Program-made: the position numbers and the translations under genes
Part shown: piece after piece, positions 38,398-49,494 of the stretch
Position numbering within the stretch: the first letter of the stretch is position 1
Layout of the letters: every line of letters starts with the position of its first letter
Assembly: GCA_051885615.1 (NCBI GenBank)
Contig: JBJEXI010000018.1
Location: forward strand, 73,513 to 137,512
Direction: 5' to 3'
DNA length: 64,000 bases
From: Thermoguttaceae bacterium
Lineage (GTDB): Bacteria; Planctomycetota; Planctomycetia; Pirellulales; Thermoguttaceae
Notes under the pieces: model-generated
Database searches by the model: none
The model's input: only the letters and a program-made list of their open reading frames with translations
What the model was told of the DNA's origin: nothing

Positions 38398-39539
38398 TTC
38401 GTTTCATCCTTCCCCTGAACTTTAGTCGAAACCGACTCTCGTTCGGCTCTTTGAGCGTCAAATGTTGGAGCCCCCTTCCCCTCTTTCAGAATGGAACGTA
38501 ATTCTCTTGGTTTGTTGCCCGTGAGATCCAACGCGCATTCGTCATGGGACGTCCCGTCGACGCTTCGACGCAGGAGTATGTATATTGCGTTAGAGTACGC
38601 TATTGCGGCGACAAAACTATAGGAAAGCGGAATCTTCTTAAGGAAAAGCGCTCCCCAATGGCAACTGCTACATGTTTCGTCATAATTGACCGTAAACAGG
38701 TAAGAAGCCGTTCGGCTCGCAAGACTCACAAGACTGCACCCGACGATTAATAAGACTTGAGCGATGCACGCATACAGAAGGAAGAAAGCAAGACGTTCCA
38801 GCAAATAGGAGACGCCGCGTGAAATCGCGTCAAAACCGTCGCAATTCTGCGCCGCGATAGCGGACGTCATAAGGGGAATTGCCGCGCATACGACGCCTGC
38901 GGCAACAGACGCGCCAAGCGCTAAAAGCGCAGAGATAAAAGCTGCGAACGCATTGTCGCTCGTTAAACTATCGAAAAGCAAAACGCCCCAGGAAATGAGT
39001 AGAAACACCGCCAACGGACAGAGGGTTAAAAAATTGGATCGCCAACGAACGAGAGAATACTTCAGCGACGCATACGTCGACGACTTTGAGGAACTGCATA
39101 AACGAACGACCGTCGTTCTTGAGATCGCCAAGGCAAACGTCATGAAAATCAGAACAAAGCATATCGTAAAGGCGATACTCTCGGGGCTTTTTGCCATTTT
39201 TTTCAGTAGTTCTATCCCGTCTGACGAAGGAAAGAAGGAACGAATCGCATTCCACGCCGTCGACAGCGGCTCAAAAGCGCATTCTACCGAGTAGCTAACG
39301 AGGGTGATGAAATCGTCGCGCTTGGTCATGGACTCCCCAACGCTGGGAAAAAGCGGACATGTCTTCGCCGATTCTGTAAAGGCAACCTCAGATAAAGAAA
39401 AGAAAAAAGCGAGAAGGATTATCAAGCTCCACTTAAAAGTTGCGTGAAATGCTCGAAAAAACAAAACGCCCGGAACGAAAGACTCCCAGTCGATTCGACG
39501 GATGGTACCTTCGCCTATATCATGAATTTTCGCCATCAT
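38394..39539 (-). CDS. Polytopic membrane protein, hypothetical
   Basis: About 381 aa with several hydrophobic helices. AGGAG lies 5 nt before the ATG at 39539. Its stop overlaps the start of the GTPase gene. Confidence 0.7.
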   Translation of the reverse strand: MMAKIHDIGEGTIRRIDWESFVPGVLFFRAFHATFKWSLIILLAFFFSLSEVAFTESAKTCPLFPSVGESMTKRDDFITLVSYSVECAFEPLSTAWNAIRSFFPSSDGIELLKKMAKSPESIAFTICFVLIFMTFALAISRTTVVRLCSSSKSSTYASLKYSLVRWRSNFLTLCPLAVFLLISWGVLLFDSLTSDNAFAAFISALLALGASVAAGVVCAAIPLMTSAIAAQNCDGFDAISRGVSYLLERLAFFLLYACIAQVLLIVGCSLVSLASRTASYLFTVNYDETCSSCHWGALFLKKIPLSYSFVAAIAYSNAIYILLRRSVDGTSHDECALDLTGNKPRELRSILKEGKGAPTFDAQRAERESVSTKVQGKDETN

Positions 39540-39681
39540 CACATCTCCTATAAAGTTGTTAATCCTTAACGCTAGTTCATTTTATCATTCGCTCTTGTTT
39601 AGAAAAGACTTAAAACAAGCTCATGAAAGACGTCTCCCTCAGCCATGAAGGAGAACTCATTTCGCAAGAACGCGTATCGAA

Positions 39682-39885
39682 TCAGACGGAGGATTCGTCG
39701 TTCTTCTCTTCGATTTGCGCAATCTGACGTTCAAGTTCTTCGATATTAACGGTCTCAATCGAGTATTCTTCGTTAAACCAGCGTTTAGCGTCAATCTTAC
39801 GACAACGTTCCGAACAAAAAGGAAGCGCGACCTGTGGATCGTCTTGCGAAAATACCTTCCCACAAATAGGACAGCGCATCGCCAT
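39682..39885 (-). CDS. yacG: DNA gyrase inhibitor YacG (zinc finger)
   Basis: MAMRCPICGKVF...LPFCSERCRKIDAKRWFNEEY matches the YacG C4 zinc-finger signature. Confidence 0.85.
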   Translation of the reverse strand: MAMRCPICGKVFSQDDPQVALPFCSERCRKIDAKRWFNEEYSIETVNIEELERQIAQIEEKNDESSV

Positions 39886-39975
39886 ACTCCATAAAATGAA
39901 AGTCTATAAAAAAACTCCGACATGATTTCGCGCAAGAAATCGCGTCGGAGCGAAACCTCTTATCACACCAAGACT

Positions 39976-40194
39976 CTACTTGCAACTAGAAGCGGTTGAA
40001 GACGCATTTTTGCCCTTATAATCGGTGCAATAGAACCCTGAACCTTTGAAAATAACCCCAACTCCGCCGCTAATAACGCGGCGCAACTTCTTTTCACCGC
40101 ATTTGGGACAAACCTCGGCTGGTTTGTCTTTCATGGATTGAAAAAGCTCAATCGTCTCATGACAATTGTCGCAAAAATACTCGTAAGTTGGCAT
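39976..40194 (-). CDS. FmdB family zinc-ribbon protein
   Basis: MPTYEYFCDNCHETIELFQSMKD...CPKCGEKKLRRV is the canonical FmdB/CxxC...CxxC N-terminus. Confidence 0.85.
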   Translation of the reverse strand: MPTYEYFCDNCHETIELFQSMKDKPAEVCPKCGEKKLRRVISGGVGVIFKGSGFYCTDYKGKNASSTASSCK

Positions 40195-40281
40195 ATTGGA
40201 TCCTGCTCATAAAACGCCGTACCAGAGGCTTGGCGGTATCTATAATATTTTAGGGACATTAAGGTTGGGAAAGGAATCAGA

Positions 40282-40923
40282 TCAGGAAGCCGAATCTGCG
40301 TTATCGGTTTCAGCGGGCTTCTGGGCGGCAATTACTACTTGAGTTGCGCGCACAACTCGATCGTGAAGTTTAAAACCAGCCTTGAGCTCCACGAGTACGG
40401 TATTCGCAGGAAATTCATCGGAGGGCATAAACGCGACGGATTCATGGAAATTCGGATCGAAGGGTTTATGGAGCGCGTCTATTTTCTCCACGCCCTGCTT
40501 CTTCAACACGTTCAAGAACTCGTCGTAAACCATTTTCACGCCGTCAAGAACCGCTTTGCCATTCTTTTCAGGGTCGTCGATCTGAAGAGCCAGACCGAGA
40601 TTGTCCCAAACGGGGAGAATAGCGCGCGCCAGATCCATCGACGCATACTTTCTCTCTTCTGCATGGAGTCGATTCGTACGCGCTCGATAATTCTCCAACT
40701 CGGCAAGCGCTCTAAGACCTCGATCTTTTGCTTCTTCAAGCTCTTGCTTCAATTTATCGTACTCAGACTTCGGAATCGAAATCAATTCGTCAGTTTCCGC
40801 GCCGTCTTGCGCGCAAGCTTGTTCAACTTCGGTGGAAGTCGATTGAACATTCTGGTCGGAACTCTCATTGAAGACGGGGGTTTCGGGCCCTTTTTCCTGT
40901 TTATTTTCTTTCATATAACTCAT
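40282..40923 (-). CDS. grpE: Nucleotide exchange factor GrpE
   Basis: 213 aa. It has the coiled-coil LRALAELENYRARTNR and the C-terminal beta domain ...HEAVAFMPSDEFPANTVLVELKAGFKLHDRVVRATQVVIA. Confidence 0.92.
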   Translation of the reverse strand: MSYMKENKQEKGPETPVFNESSDQNVQSTSTEVEQACAQDGAETDELISIPKSEYDKLKQELEEAKDRGLRALAELENYRARTNRLHAEERKYASMDLARAILPVWDNLGLALQIDDPEKNGKAVLDGVKMVYDEFLNVLKKQGVEKIDALHKPFDPNFHESVAFMPSDEFPANTVLVELKAGFKLHDRVVRATQVVIAAQKPAETDNADSAS

Positions 40924-41026
40924 ACAACTCTGTCGAAACAGAGTCGCCTTTCATTCATTATTAACGCTCCCCGTCAGGCGGAGAGCAAATTAGGGGCGAA
41001 TTTAAACCGGCGATCAATGCGCGGTC

Positions 41027-42208
41027 TCAATCTTCGGAAGACTTGTCCTTCTCGGAAGGCTTGTCTTTTTCAAACTTCTTCTCCGGGAAGAAATCCGCCA
41101 CGAATTTTTTAAGTCGAGAACCGAACGATCCGCGTTCAGGAAGAACGGCGTCCCCTTCGATTTCCGCTAATTGCCTCAAAATCTTCTCATGCTCGGGTTT
41201 GATCTTTGTCGGCACCTCAATAAAGAGCTGAATCAAAAGATCCCCCGCGACATTGCGACGCGGAGTCGGCATTCCGCGTCCTCGCAATCTAACAATATCG
41301 CCGTTTTGCGTTCCAGCGGGAATCTTAATCTTCTCGACGCCGTCGAGCGTTGGGACTTCAATCTCAGCGCCAAGCGCCGCTTGCGCGTAACCGACCGGAA
41401 TTCTACAGATAAGATCTTGCCCCTCGCGTCTGAAGAGAGGATGCTGCTGCAAGCGGATAATGACGTAACAATCCCCCGAAGGACCGCCGTTGGGAGAATG
41501 ATCTCCCTCTCCCTGAATTCGAAGACGCGTCCCGCTATCGACGCCTGCGGGAATACGAACGTTACGAACGACCTCTCGACGAACGAGCCCCGCGCCGCGA
41601 CAATCGGGACATGGATCCGTAATCACAGAACCGCGACCGCCGCACTGCGGACACGTCGTCTGGATGGAGAAAACGCCCGTCGACTGCTGAATCCGACCGC
41701 GACCGCCGCAATACTTACACTGAACAGGTTTCGTACCAGGTCTTGCGCCGGAACCGTGACACGTTTCGCAGACTTCTCTACGATAAAAACGGATCTCCTT
41801 GGAAACGCCCTTCGCGGCTTCGTGCAAATCGAGCGTCAGGGGGCATTGAACGTCTGCGCCTTGTTGAACGCGAACGCCGCCTCGACCGCCGCCGAAGATA
41901 TCGCCAAATCCGAACATATCCCCAAAGATGTTGAAAATATCGCCGACGTCGTTGAAACTATGACCGCCGCCTTGGTTTTCAAGCCCGCTCTTGCCGTATC
42001 GATCGTAAATCTGTCTTTTATCAGGATCGCTTAAAACTTCGAAAGCCTCCGCGCAGATCTTAAATTTGGCAACCGCTTCTTCATCGCCGGGATTCCGGTC
42101 GGGATGATATTTAAGAGCCGCTTTACGATACGCCGATTTAATTTCATCCTGAGAAGCGGAACGCTCAATTCCCAATAATTCGTAATAGTCGATTTCTTCG
42201 GCCATCAT
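41027..42208 (-). CDS. dnaJ: Molecular chaperone DnaJ
   Basis: J domain DYYELLGI...YHPDRNPGD, a G/F-rich region and four CxxCxGxG repeats ([32 protein letters not shown]). The ORF is open to the GTG at 42220, but I prefer the ATG at 42208 or 42205. Confidence 0.93.
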   Translation of the reverse strand: MMAEEIDYYELLGIERSASQDEIKSAYRKAALKYHPDRNPGDEEAVAKFKICAEAFEVLSDPDKRQIYDRYGKSGLENQGGGHSFNDVGDIFNIFGDMFGFGDIFGGGRGGVRVQQGADVQCPLTLDLHEAAKGVSKEIRFYRREVCETCHGSGARPGTKPVQCKYCGGRGRIQQSTGVFSIQTTCPQCGGRGSVITDPCPDCRGAGLVRREVVRNVRIPAGVDSGTRLRIQGEGDHSPNGGPSGDCYVIIRLQQHPLFRREGQDLICRIPVGYAQAALGAEIEVPTLDGVEKIKIPAGTQNGDIVRLRGRGMPTPRRNVAGDLLIQLFIEVPTKIKPEHEKILRQLAEIEGDAVLPERGSFGSRLKKFVADFFPEKKFEKDKPSEKDKSSED

Positions 42209-42380
42209 TAACACTTCCACTAATAGGCTCTTATTTAGAGAACCTATTCATATAAAGACGTCGACGCCTAAAGCGTCTGCCAAAAGCGAACTGAGGGCGA
42301 CGCCGCGAGGCGCCGCAAACCTGGATTTAATGACCGACGCGCCGCCTTCGCGACGCGCCTGTCGAAAAACGCTCAACGAA

Positions 42381-42416
42381 GACGCGTCCCGACTAACGAC
42401 GAGTCGGCGACGCGTC
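42381..42416 (-). terminator. Terminator-like hairpin between groEL and dnaJ
   Basis: A 14-bp stem with one bulge: GACGCGTCCCGACT (42381-42394) pairs with AGTCGG-C-GACGCGTC (42402-42416). On the minus strand a U-rich tract (UUCGUUGAGCGUUUUU) follows. Confidence 0.4.
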
Positions 42417-42456
42417 TTGTGAATATTAAGCGCATAGACGTTTCCTACAGGAAGGC

Positions 42457-44076
<1,620 letters not shown>

Positions 44077-44085
44077 TTATTTCTT

Positions 44086-44122
44086 AAAAAGGGCCGACGC
44101 GCAACGCGTCGGCGGGCTTTTT
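44086..44122 (-). terminator. Strong hairpin with U-run between groES and the downstream groEL
   Basis: GCCGACGCG (44093-44101) pairs with CGCGTCGGC (44105-44113). An A-run lies on one side and a T-run on the other, so it looks terminator-like on both strands. It sits 22 nt from the groEL ATG. Confidence 0.6.
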
Positions 44123-44159
44123 GGATATTAAATGTTGTGAATTCGCGTCTCTAAGAAAA

Positions 44160-44474
44160 TCACGCCGTCTTGACGATCTTCGCGAGAACGTCGCTTTCAC
44201 GCAGAATCTTATACTGTTCGCCGTCGACTTCGACGTCGGATCCAGAATACTTTCCGTAAATGACTTCGTCGTCAACGGCGACGTTCATCTCGGCGCGGGA
44301 GCCATTATCCAAGAGGCGACCTTCGCCTGCGGCGACGACGACGCCGCGCTGCGGCTTTTCTTTCGCGCTATCAGGAAGAAGGATACCGCCGGCGGTTTTC
44401 TCTTCGGCGTCGAGCGGCTTGACGACAATACGATCTTCCAAAGGCTTGAGATTAAGATTCTTTTTCGCGGACAT
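44160..44474 (-). CDS. groES: Co-chaperonin GroES
   Basis: 104 aa. [44 protein letters not shown]... is the canonical Cpn10 sequence, including the mobile loop. Confidence 0.96.
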   Translation of the reverse strand: MSAKKNLNLKPLEDRIVVKPLDAEEKTAGGILLPDSAKEKPQRGVVVAAGEGRLLDNGSRAEMNVAVDDEVIYGKYSGSDVEVDGEQYKILRESDVLAKIVKTA

Positions 44475-44567
44475 GTTCTATCCTTTCAATATATCATTTG
44501 TTAATTTAACTTTTAAGTAACGGAGCGCGGACAAAACCCGCGTTCGCTAGGCGTTGGGTAGGCAGGA

Positions 44568-46232
44568 TCAGAAACCGCCCATGCCGCCCATACCGCCCAT
44601 GCCGCCCATGCCGCCCATCGCGTTCGGATCAGGCGCGGCCTTTTCTTCCTTCGGAATTTCCGTCAAGAGGCAAGAAGTCGTCAGAAGGAGAGACGCGACG
44701 CTCGCGGCGTTCTGGAGCGCGGTGCGAACAACCTTAGCGGGGTCGATAACGCCCGCCTCAACGAGGTTGCAATAGACTTCCTTATCGGCGTCATAACCGT
44801 CGTTCTTACCTTCCATCTTACGCACGCGATTCACAACGACGGAACCTTCGACCCCGGCGTTTTTCGCGATTTCGCGGATAGGAGCTTCAAGAGCTCTCTT
44901 GACGATCTGAACGCCGTAAACTTCGTCGCCGCAAGCGTCTTTCAATTCCGTGAGGGAATCGGCGGCGCGCAAAAGCGCGGTTCCACCGCCGGGAACGACG
45001 CCTTCTTCAAGAGCGGCTTTCGTCGCGGCCTGAGCGTCTTCATAGAGATACTTGCGTTCCTTGAGCTCCGACTCCGTCGCGGCGCCTACGTTGATGCGCG
45101 CAACGCCGCCGGCAAGTTTCGCAATGCGTTCCTGGAGTTTTTCTTTGTCGTAAGAGCTCGTCGTCGTCTCGATCTCGGAACGGATCTGAGCCGCGCGGGC
45201 GTCGACGTCTTCTTTCTTACCGGCGCCGCCGATAATCGTCGTCGAATCGCCAGTGACGACGATCTTCTTCGCACGGCCAAGGTCGGTGATCTGAACCGCG
45301 TCAAGCTGGACGCCAAGATCCTTAAAGACGGCGTTCGCGCCCGTCAAAATCGCGATATCGCCCAACATCGCCTTGCGACGATCGCCATAACCGGGAGCCT
45401 TGACGGCGCACACCTGAAGGATTCCGCGCAGTTTGTTCACGACAAGGGTCGCCAACGCTTCGCCTTCAACGTCTTCCGCAATGATGAAGAGGGGACGACT
45501 CTGCTTGCTGATCGCCTCAAGGAGAGGCACGAGGGATTTAGCGGTCGAAATTTTGTCTTCGAAGACGAGAACGAGGGCGTCCTCGAGTTCGACTTTCTGA
45601 TCGTCAAGGTTCGTCACAAAGTGCGGAGAAAGGTAACCACGATCGAACTGCATACCTTCGACGACGTCGACGTACGTTTCGAAATGTTTACCTTCTTCGA
45701 CGGTAATAACGCCGTTCTTACCAACCTTGAGGAACGCGTCGGCCAAAATTTGACCGATAGTGGAATCATTGTTGCCGGCGATAGAAGCGACCTGCGCGAT
45801 TTCCTTGCGGCTCTTGTCGTTTACAGGAGTAGCCAACGTGTCGACATACTCGCCGACGACGGAAGCGGCCTTCTGAATACCGCGAGACAAAGCCATAGGA
45901 TCGGCGCCGGCGGCAACCATCTTCAAACCTTCGAGGTAAATTGCTTCCGCGAGCACCGTAGCCGTCGTCGTGCCGTCGCCGGCGGCCTGATTCGTCTTCG
46001 ACGCAGCCTGCTTGACGAGAGCTGCGCCGAGATTTTCTTCGGGATCGTCGAGAACCACGTCTTCAGCTACAGTTACGCCGTCCTTCGTGACCTTGGGGGC
46101 GCCCCAACCTTTATCTAAAACGACGTTTCGACCGCGAGGCCCTAACGTGCTTTTTACGGCGCGAGCCAACTTTTTGACGCCCTCGGCAATCGGACTACGA
46201 GCAGCGTCGTCAAACGACATCTTTTTTGCCAC
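44568..46232 (-). CDS. groEL: Chaperonin GroEL (copy with a canonical GGM tail)
   Basis: 554 aa and collinear with Cpn60. The C-terminus is ...[16 protein letters not shown]. The apparent GTG start has AAGGAG 9 nt upstream. Confidence 0.96.
   Translation of the reverse strand: MAKKMSFDDAARSPIAEGVKKLARAVKSTLGPRGRNVVLDKGWGAPKVTKDGVTVAEDVVLDDPEENLGAALVKQAASKTNQAAGDGTTTATVLAEAIYLEGLKMVAAGADPMALSRGIQKAASVVGEYVDTLATPVNDKSRKEIAQVASIAGNNDSTIGQILADAFLKVGKNGVITVEEGKHFETYVDVVEGMQFDRGYLSPHFVTNLDDQKVELEDALVLVFEDKISTAKSLVPLLEAISKQSRPLFIIAEDVEGEALATLVVNKLRGILQVCAVKAPGYGDRRKAMLGDIAILTGANAVFKDLGVQLDAVQITDLGRAKKIVVTGDSTTIIGGAGKKEDVDARAAQIRSEIETTTSSYDKEKLQERIAKLAGGVARINVGAATESELKERKYLYEDAQAATKAALEEGVVPGGGTALLRAADSLTELKDACGDEVYGVQIVKRALEAPIREIAKNAGVEGSVVVNRVRKMEGKNDGYDADKEVYCNLVEAGVIDPAKVVRTALQNAASVASLLLTTSCLLTEIPKEEKAAPDPNAMGGMGGMGGMGGMGGF
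44575..44618 (-). repeat. 9-nt tandem repeat (5 copies) encoding the GroEL GGM tail
   Basis: The plus-strand unit CCGCCCAT(G/A) is repeated at 44575, 44584, 44593, 44602 and 44611. Confidence 0.9.
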
Positions 46233-46648
46233 TGCGGAATACTCCTTTATCTAAAATGTTAGAATCAACACGCTCTCCGCCGCGCGTTAAGGTAACGTCG
46301 ACGCGAACGACTAAGCGAATCGTCGACGCGCGGTCATCACGTGAAACGCGTCGGGAGCGCTGAATCAGTTTCATGTTCATTCAATATACGCGTCCAACAA
46401 CTCTTTTAAGAACTAGAGCGCGTCTTATTTACTCTAAATGCATAAACGGCGCCACTAAACATTCTTCGTTTAAAAATCATTGTTTTTTCGTTTTTTTATA
46501 ATCTTGAATCAAGCGCCTCGCTCATCTGCGGCGCGTTTGAACGTCTTTTCCCTTTTCTCGCTTTTTCAATTCCACAACGCCGCTGGCCGCCCGGCGTCAA
46601 TTTGGCAGTCGCTCCATTCTTGTCTTTTTTACTTAGGGACAGAAGCCA

Positions 46649-46687
46649 AAATAAAAAAAGCGGCGTCTAAACTCATGACGCCGCTTC
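46649..46687 (-). terminator. Intrinsic terminator of spoVG
   Basis: AGCGGCGTC (46659-46667) pairs with GACGCCGCT (46677-46685). On the minus strand the stem is followed by UUUUUUUAUUUU. Confidence 0.75.
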
Positions 46688-46714
46688 TTACTATTTCCGC
46701 GAAAAAAGAGTTAT

Positions 46715-47146
46715 TCAATCGTCGCCGTATTCTTGATAACTGCTGACGTAGTTCGGCTGACGCGAGCGCTCCAACTCCATTTCATACGCTTCAATGATAG
46801 CGCGATGAACACGGTCGCGACTCGCCGCATTGATAGGATGCGCCACGTCCACGAAAGCCTTGTTGGGGCATGAGGTCAACAGGTCGCGGTAGGGATCGCT
46901 TTGAGCGATCCTGCCGCCACAATGGCTACAGAAGTTTGAGCCAACTGTGTTCTTTTGCCGACAATGCGGGCAATGGAACGCAAGTTTCCGACTTGGCATT
47001 GCGATAAAATAACCTTGATTTCCCGACAAAATCTTTATGTCGCGCACGACGAAGGCGTCGTCGAGAATAATTGAACAAAACGCGCACAGTCGTTGTCGTG
47101 AAGACGTATTTTCAAGAAGCTTAATTCGAATTTCCGTTATTTGCAT
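46715..47146 (-). CDS. spoVG: SpoVG family protein with an inserted zinc-ribbon
   Basis: The SpoVG core is present: MQITEIRIKL..., SIILDDAFVVRDIKILSGNQGYFIAMPSRK ... VAHPINAASRDRVHRAIIEAY. An insertion of about 40 aa carries CPHC and CSHC. ispE lies immediately upstream, a conserved neighbourhood. Confidence 0.85.
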   Translation of the reverse strand: MQITEIRIKLLENTSSRQRLCAFCSIILDDAFVVRDIKILSGNQGYFIAMPSRKLAFHCPHCRQKNTVGSNFCSHCGGRIAQSDPYRDLLTSCPNKAFVDVAHPINAASRDRVHRAIIEAYEMELERSRQPNYVSSYQEYGDD

Positions 47147-47176
47147 CGTTATAATTCCAAACCGACGTAGTCGCTC

Positions 47177-48157
47177 TCAAATGAAGTTAGACAGTCGAGC
47201 ATTGTTATCTGGCGTCAGAGTCTTAACAACATAAACGAAGTCAATCTCTAACGAATTTGATAGAAGTAGAACCTCCTGCGCAACCTTATGAGCGCTCTCT
47301 TCATCGCGAGTTAGCACGAAAAATGACGAACCACTCCCCGACATCTGGGCGCCAAGGGCCCCGGACGTCTGGCCCAAAGAGCTTTTCCACTTTGGAAACT
47401 CGTCCCATAGAGCGGCGACAGGTTCCTCAAGACGGTTCCATATCCAACGCGAAAGGTTCTCAGCTGTATTTGTTTCTCTCAAGGAGTCAAGGGCCTCGCT
47501 AAGAGAATGACGAACGCTATGGAGTGGAGATTCCGCATATTTGCGATAAACCTCCGGCGTTGAAAAGCCTATTGTCGGTTTAACAAGCGTCATCCATATC
47601 TCGCCAAGAGGAAAAGGCTCGACAATCTCTCCGCGTCCGCGCCCGATCGTCGCGGATTCCTCAAGGAATAGAGGAGCGTCGCTACCGATTTCTCCAGCCA
47701 TACGAGCTAACTCCTCTTTCGAAAAGTTAGCTCCGTCGTACGCGTTTAACACCAAAAGCGTCGCCATGGCGTCGCTAGATCCGCCTCCTAAACCCGCTTT
47801 TGTTGGAATTTTTTTTAAAATTTTCGCGCAAACCCTCGAATGACGACGAGCCCTTTTCTCTTTATCGCAAGCTGCAAGATAAGCATAATAAGCTTTGACA
47901 ACAAGATTCGAAGAATCGTTTGGCAAATCGATTCTCGGTTTGCCCTCTTCGTCAAGACATTCCAGGGAAATAGCGTCTTCTCCCTCCGTTGGAGCAAAGG
48001 AAAACTCCAATCTATCGTAGAGACTTATCGGAGCGACAAGAGTCTCGACGTCGTGATATCCGTCGAGACGCTTGCCCATGATCTCAAAAAAGAGATTAAC
48101 TTTGGCTGGCGCCCAAACGCGATACGAAGCTCCATCGGGAGCGACTTCCATATACAT
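47177..48157 (-). CDS. ispE: 4-diphosphocytidyl-2-C-methyl-D-erythritol kinase
   Basis: Motifs APAKVNLFFEIMGKRLDGYHD and KKIPTKAGLGGGSSDAMATLL (GHMP kinase motif). Confidence 0.9.
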   Translation of the reverse strand: MYMEVAPDGASYRVWAPAKVNLFFEIMGKRLDGYHDVETLVAPISLYDRLEFSFAPTEGEDAISLECLDEEGKPRIDLPNDSSNLVVKAYYAYLAACDKEKRARRHSRVCAKILKKIPTKAGLGGGSSDAMATLLVLNAYDGANFSKEELARMAGEIGSDAPLFLEESATIGRGRGEIVEPFPLGEIWMTLVKPTIGFSTPEVYRKYAESPLHSVRHSLSEALDSLRETNTAENLSRWIWNRLEEPVAALWDEFPKWKSSLGQTSGALGAQMSGSGSSFFVLTRDEESAHKVAQEVLLLSNSLEIDFVYVVKTLTPDNNARLSNFI

Positions 48158-48254
48158 GACCAGAACCTCTTCGTTGAAACGACGACTGCGAAACGTTGCG
48201 TGAAAATCACAGCATAAAACGGTTTAAAAAACGTTGCGCAAGGCGACCTATAGG

Positions 48255-49415
48255 CTATGCGTTCTTCTTTTCCTTCTCGTCGCGCAAGCTCCAGCGCAAT
48301 TGACCGCATGCCGCGTTGATGCGATCGCCCTTTTTAAATCGAACCTTGACCTGTATTCCCTCCTCTTCAAGGGTTGAAACAAACCTTTTAACCGTCGCGG
48401 TAGACGGCGTTTTGAAGGGAAGTTCAGGGGCCGGATTATAAGGAATCACGTTGACAATAGCAGTCTTATTGCGGAGAAGCCGCGCAAGTTCTCGCGCCTC
48501 GCGCGGAGACGCATTAATTCCGTCGAGCAAAATATACTCAAAAGTGACGCGTCGCCCCGTCGTTCTGAAAAAAGCGTCCGCCGCCGTTAATACCTCCGCG
48601 ATCGGATGAACGCGATTTTGAGGCATAATTTGATCGCGAATGGCGTCGTTAGGGGCATGGAGCGAAACAGCCAGTTTGTAATGCGTCTTTTCCTGGGCAA
48701 GGCGCAGGATACCCGCGGGAACGCCGACCGTCGAAATCGTCACCCGACGATTGCTGACGTCGATACCGTCCGAGGACGTCGCAACCTCCAACGCGGGCAA
48801 CAACGCGTTTAGATTTTGAGTCGGCTCCCCCGTCCCCATGACGACAATGTGGGTCAAACGCTCGTCTTTCGGCAACAGCGCGTTCAGGCGAAGGAGTTCC
48901 TCAATAATTTCGCTTTTCGTCAAGTTGCGAACGAATCCGCCCAGTCCGCTCGCGCAAAAGGCGCAACTCATCGCGCATCCAACCTGCACGCTTATGCACG
49001 CAGTGCGATGATCCCGATCATCGCGCAGTAGGACGCACTCGACGCGCCTTCCGTCTCGCCATTCAATGAGAAGTTTTTCAGAGCCGTCGTCCGAGATCGA
49101 TTTCGCTACGAGTCTTCCCTCGTAGATAGAATCTTCGGCGTCGTTCTCGTCTGCCGCAACCGTTTCACGAGAAGCGTTGCGAATCAGAAGAGACGTTCGC
49201 TCCGCCGTCGCGCGATCCGGTCGTCCAAAGAGGCGCGTTAAACGTTCGCGCGTTTCCTTGGAAAGATCGCTCATCATCGAAATTCGGGAAGTCTTGCGAG
49301 CAAAAACCCAACGACGCATTTGATTAACTCGATATGCGGGAAGGCCGATCTCCTTAAAAATTTCAACAAGTTCCTCCTTCGTGAAGGAGAGAAAAGGCTT
49401 ATATCCTTCGTCCAC
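48255..49415 (-). CDS. rlmN: 23S rRNA/tRNA (adenine-C2)-methyltransferase RlmN (radical SAM)
   Basis: The radical-SAM cluster motif CAMSCAFCASG is present. The N-terminal ...GLPAYRVNQMRRWVF and the C-terminal ...INAACGQL are typical of RlmN/Cfr. The start appears to be GTG. Confidence 0.9.
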   Translation of the reverse strand: MDEGYKPFLSFTKEELVEIFKEIGLPAYRVNQMRRWVFARKTSRISMMSDLSKETRERLTRLFGRPDRATAERTSLLIRNASRETVAADENDAEDSIYEGRLVAKSISDDGSEKLLIEWRDGRRVECVLLRDDRDHRTACISVQVGCAMSCAFCASGLGGFVRNLTKSEIIEELLRLNALLPKDERLTHIVVMGTGEPTQNLNALLPALEVATSSDGIDVSNRRVTISTVGVPAGILRLAQEKTHYKLAVSLHAPNDAIRDQIMPQNRVHPIAEVLTAADAFFRTTGRRVTFEYILLDGINASPREARELARLLRNKTAIVNVIPYNPAPELPFKTPSTATVKRFVSTLEEEGIQVKVRFKKGDRINAACGQLRWSLRDEKEKKNA

Positions 49416-49494
49416 TTTAAATCCTCAACGCGACTCAATTGCCGCCTGAAACGTCGTTTTATGATTTTAAAACCCAATATCTACGGGCGTTGCG

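Noticed and set aside
40339-42034. Long plus-strand ORFs (40339..41112 and 41171..42034) antisense to grpE and dnaJ
   Set aside because: The opposite strand encodes unmistakable GrpE and DnaJ. The antisense translations are low-complexity R/L/S-rich strings with no recognisable domains.
46296-46330. Twin CGTCGACGCG decamers, considered as a possible operator
   Set aside because: CGTCGAC-type strings are very common throughout this window, in both coding and non-coding sequence. Two copies 25 nt apart may therefore be chance. I mention them only inside the finding on the upstream region.
46480-46746. 88-aa plus-strand ORF in the long groEL upstream region
   Set aside because: It starts in an A/T tract without an RBS. 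It runs through the spoVG terminator hairpin and into the 3' end of spoVG, and its translation has no features.
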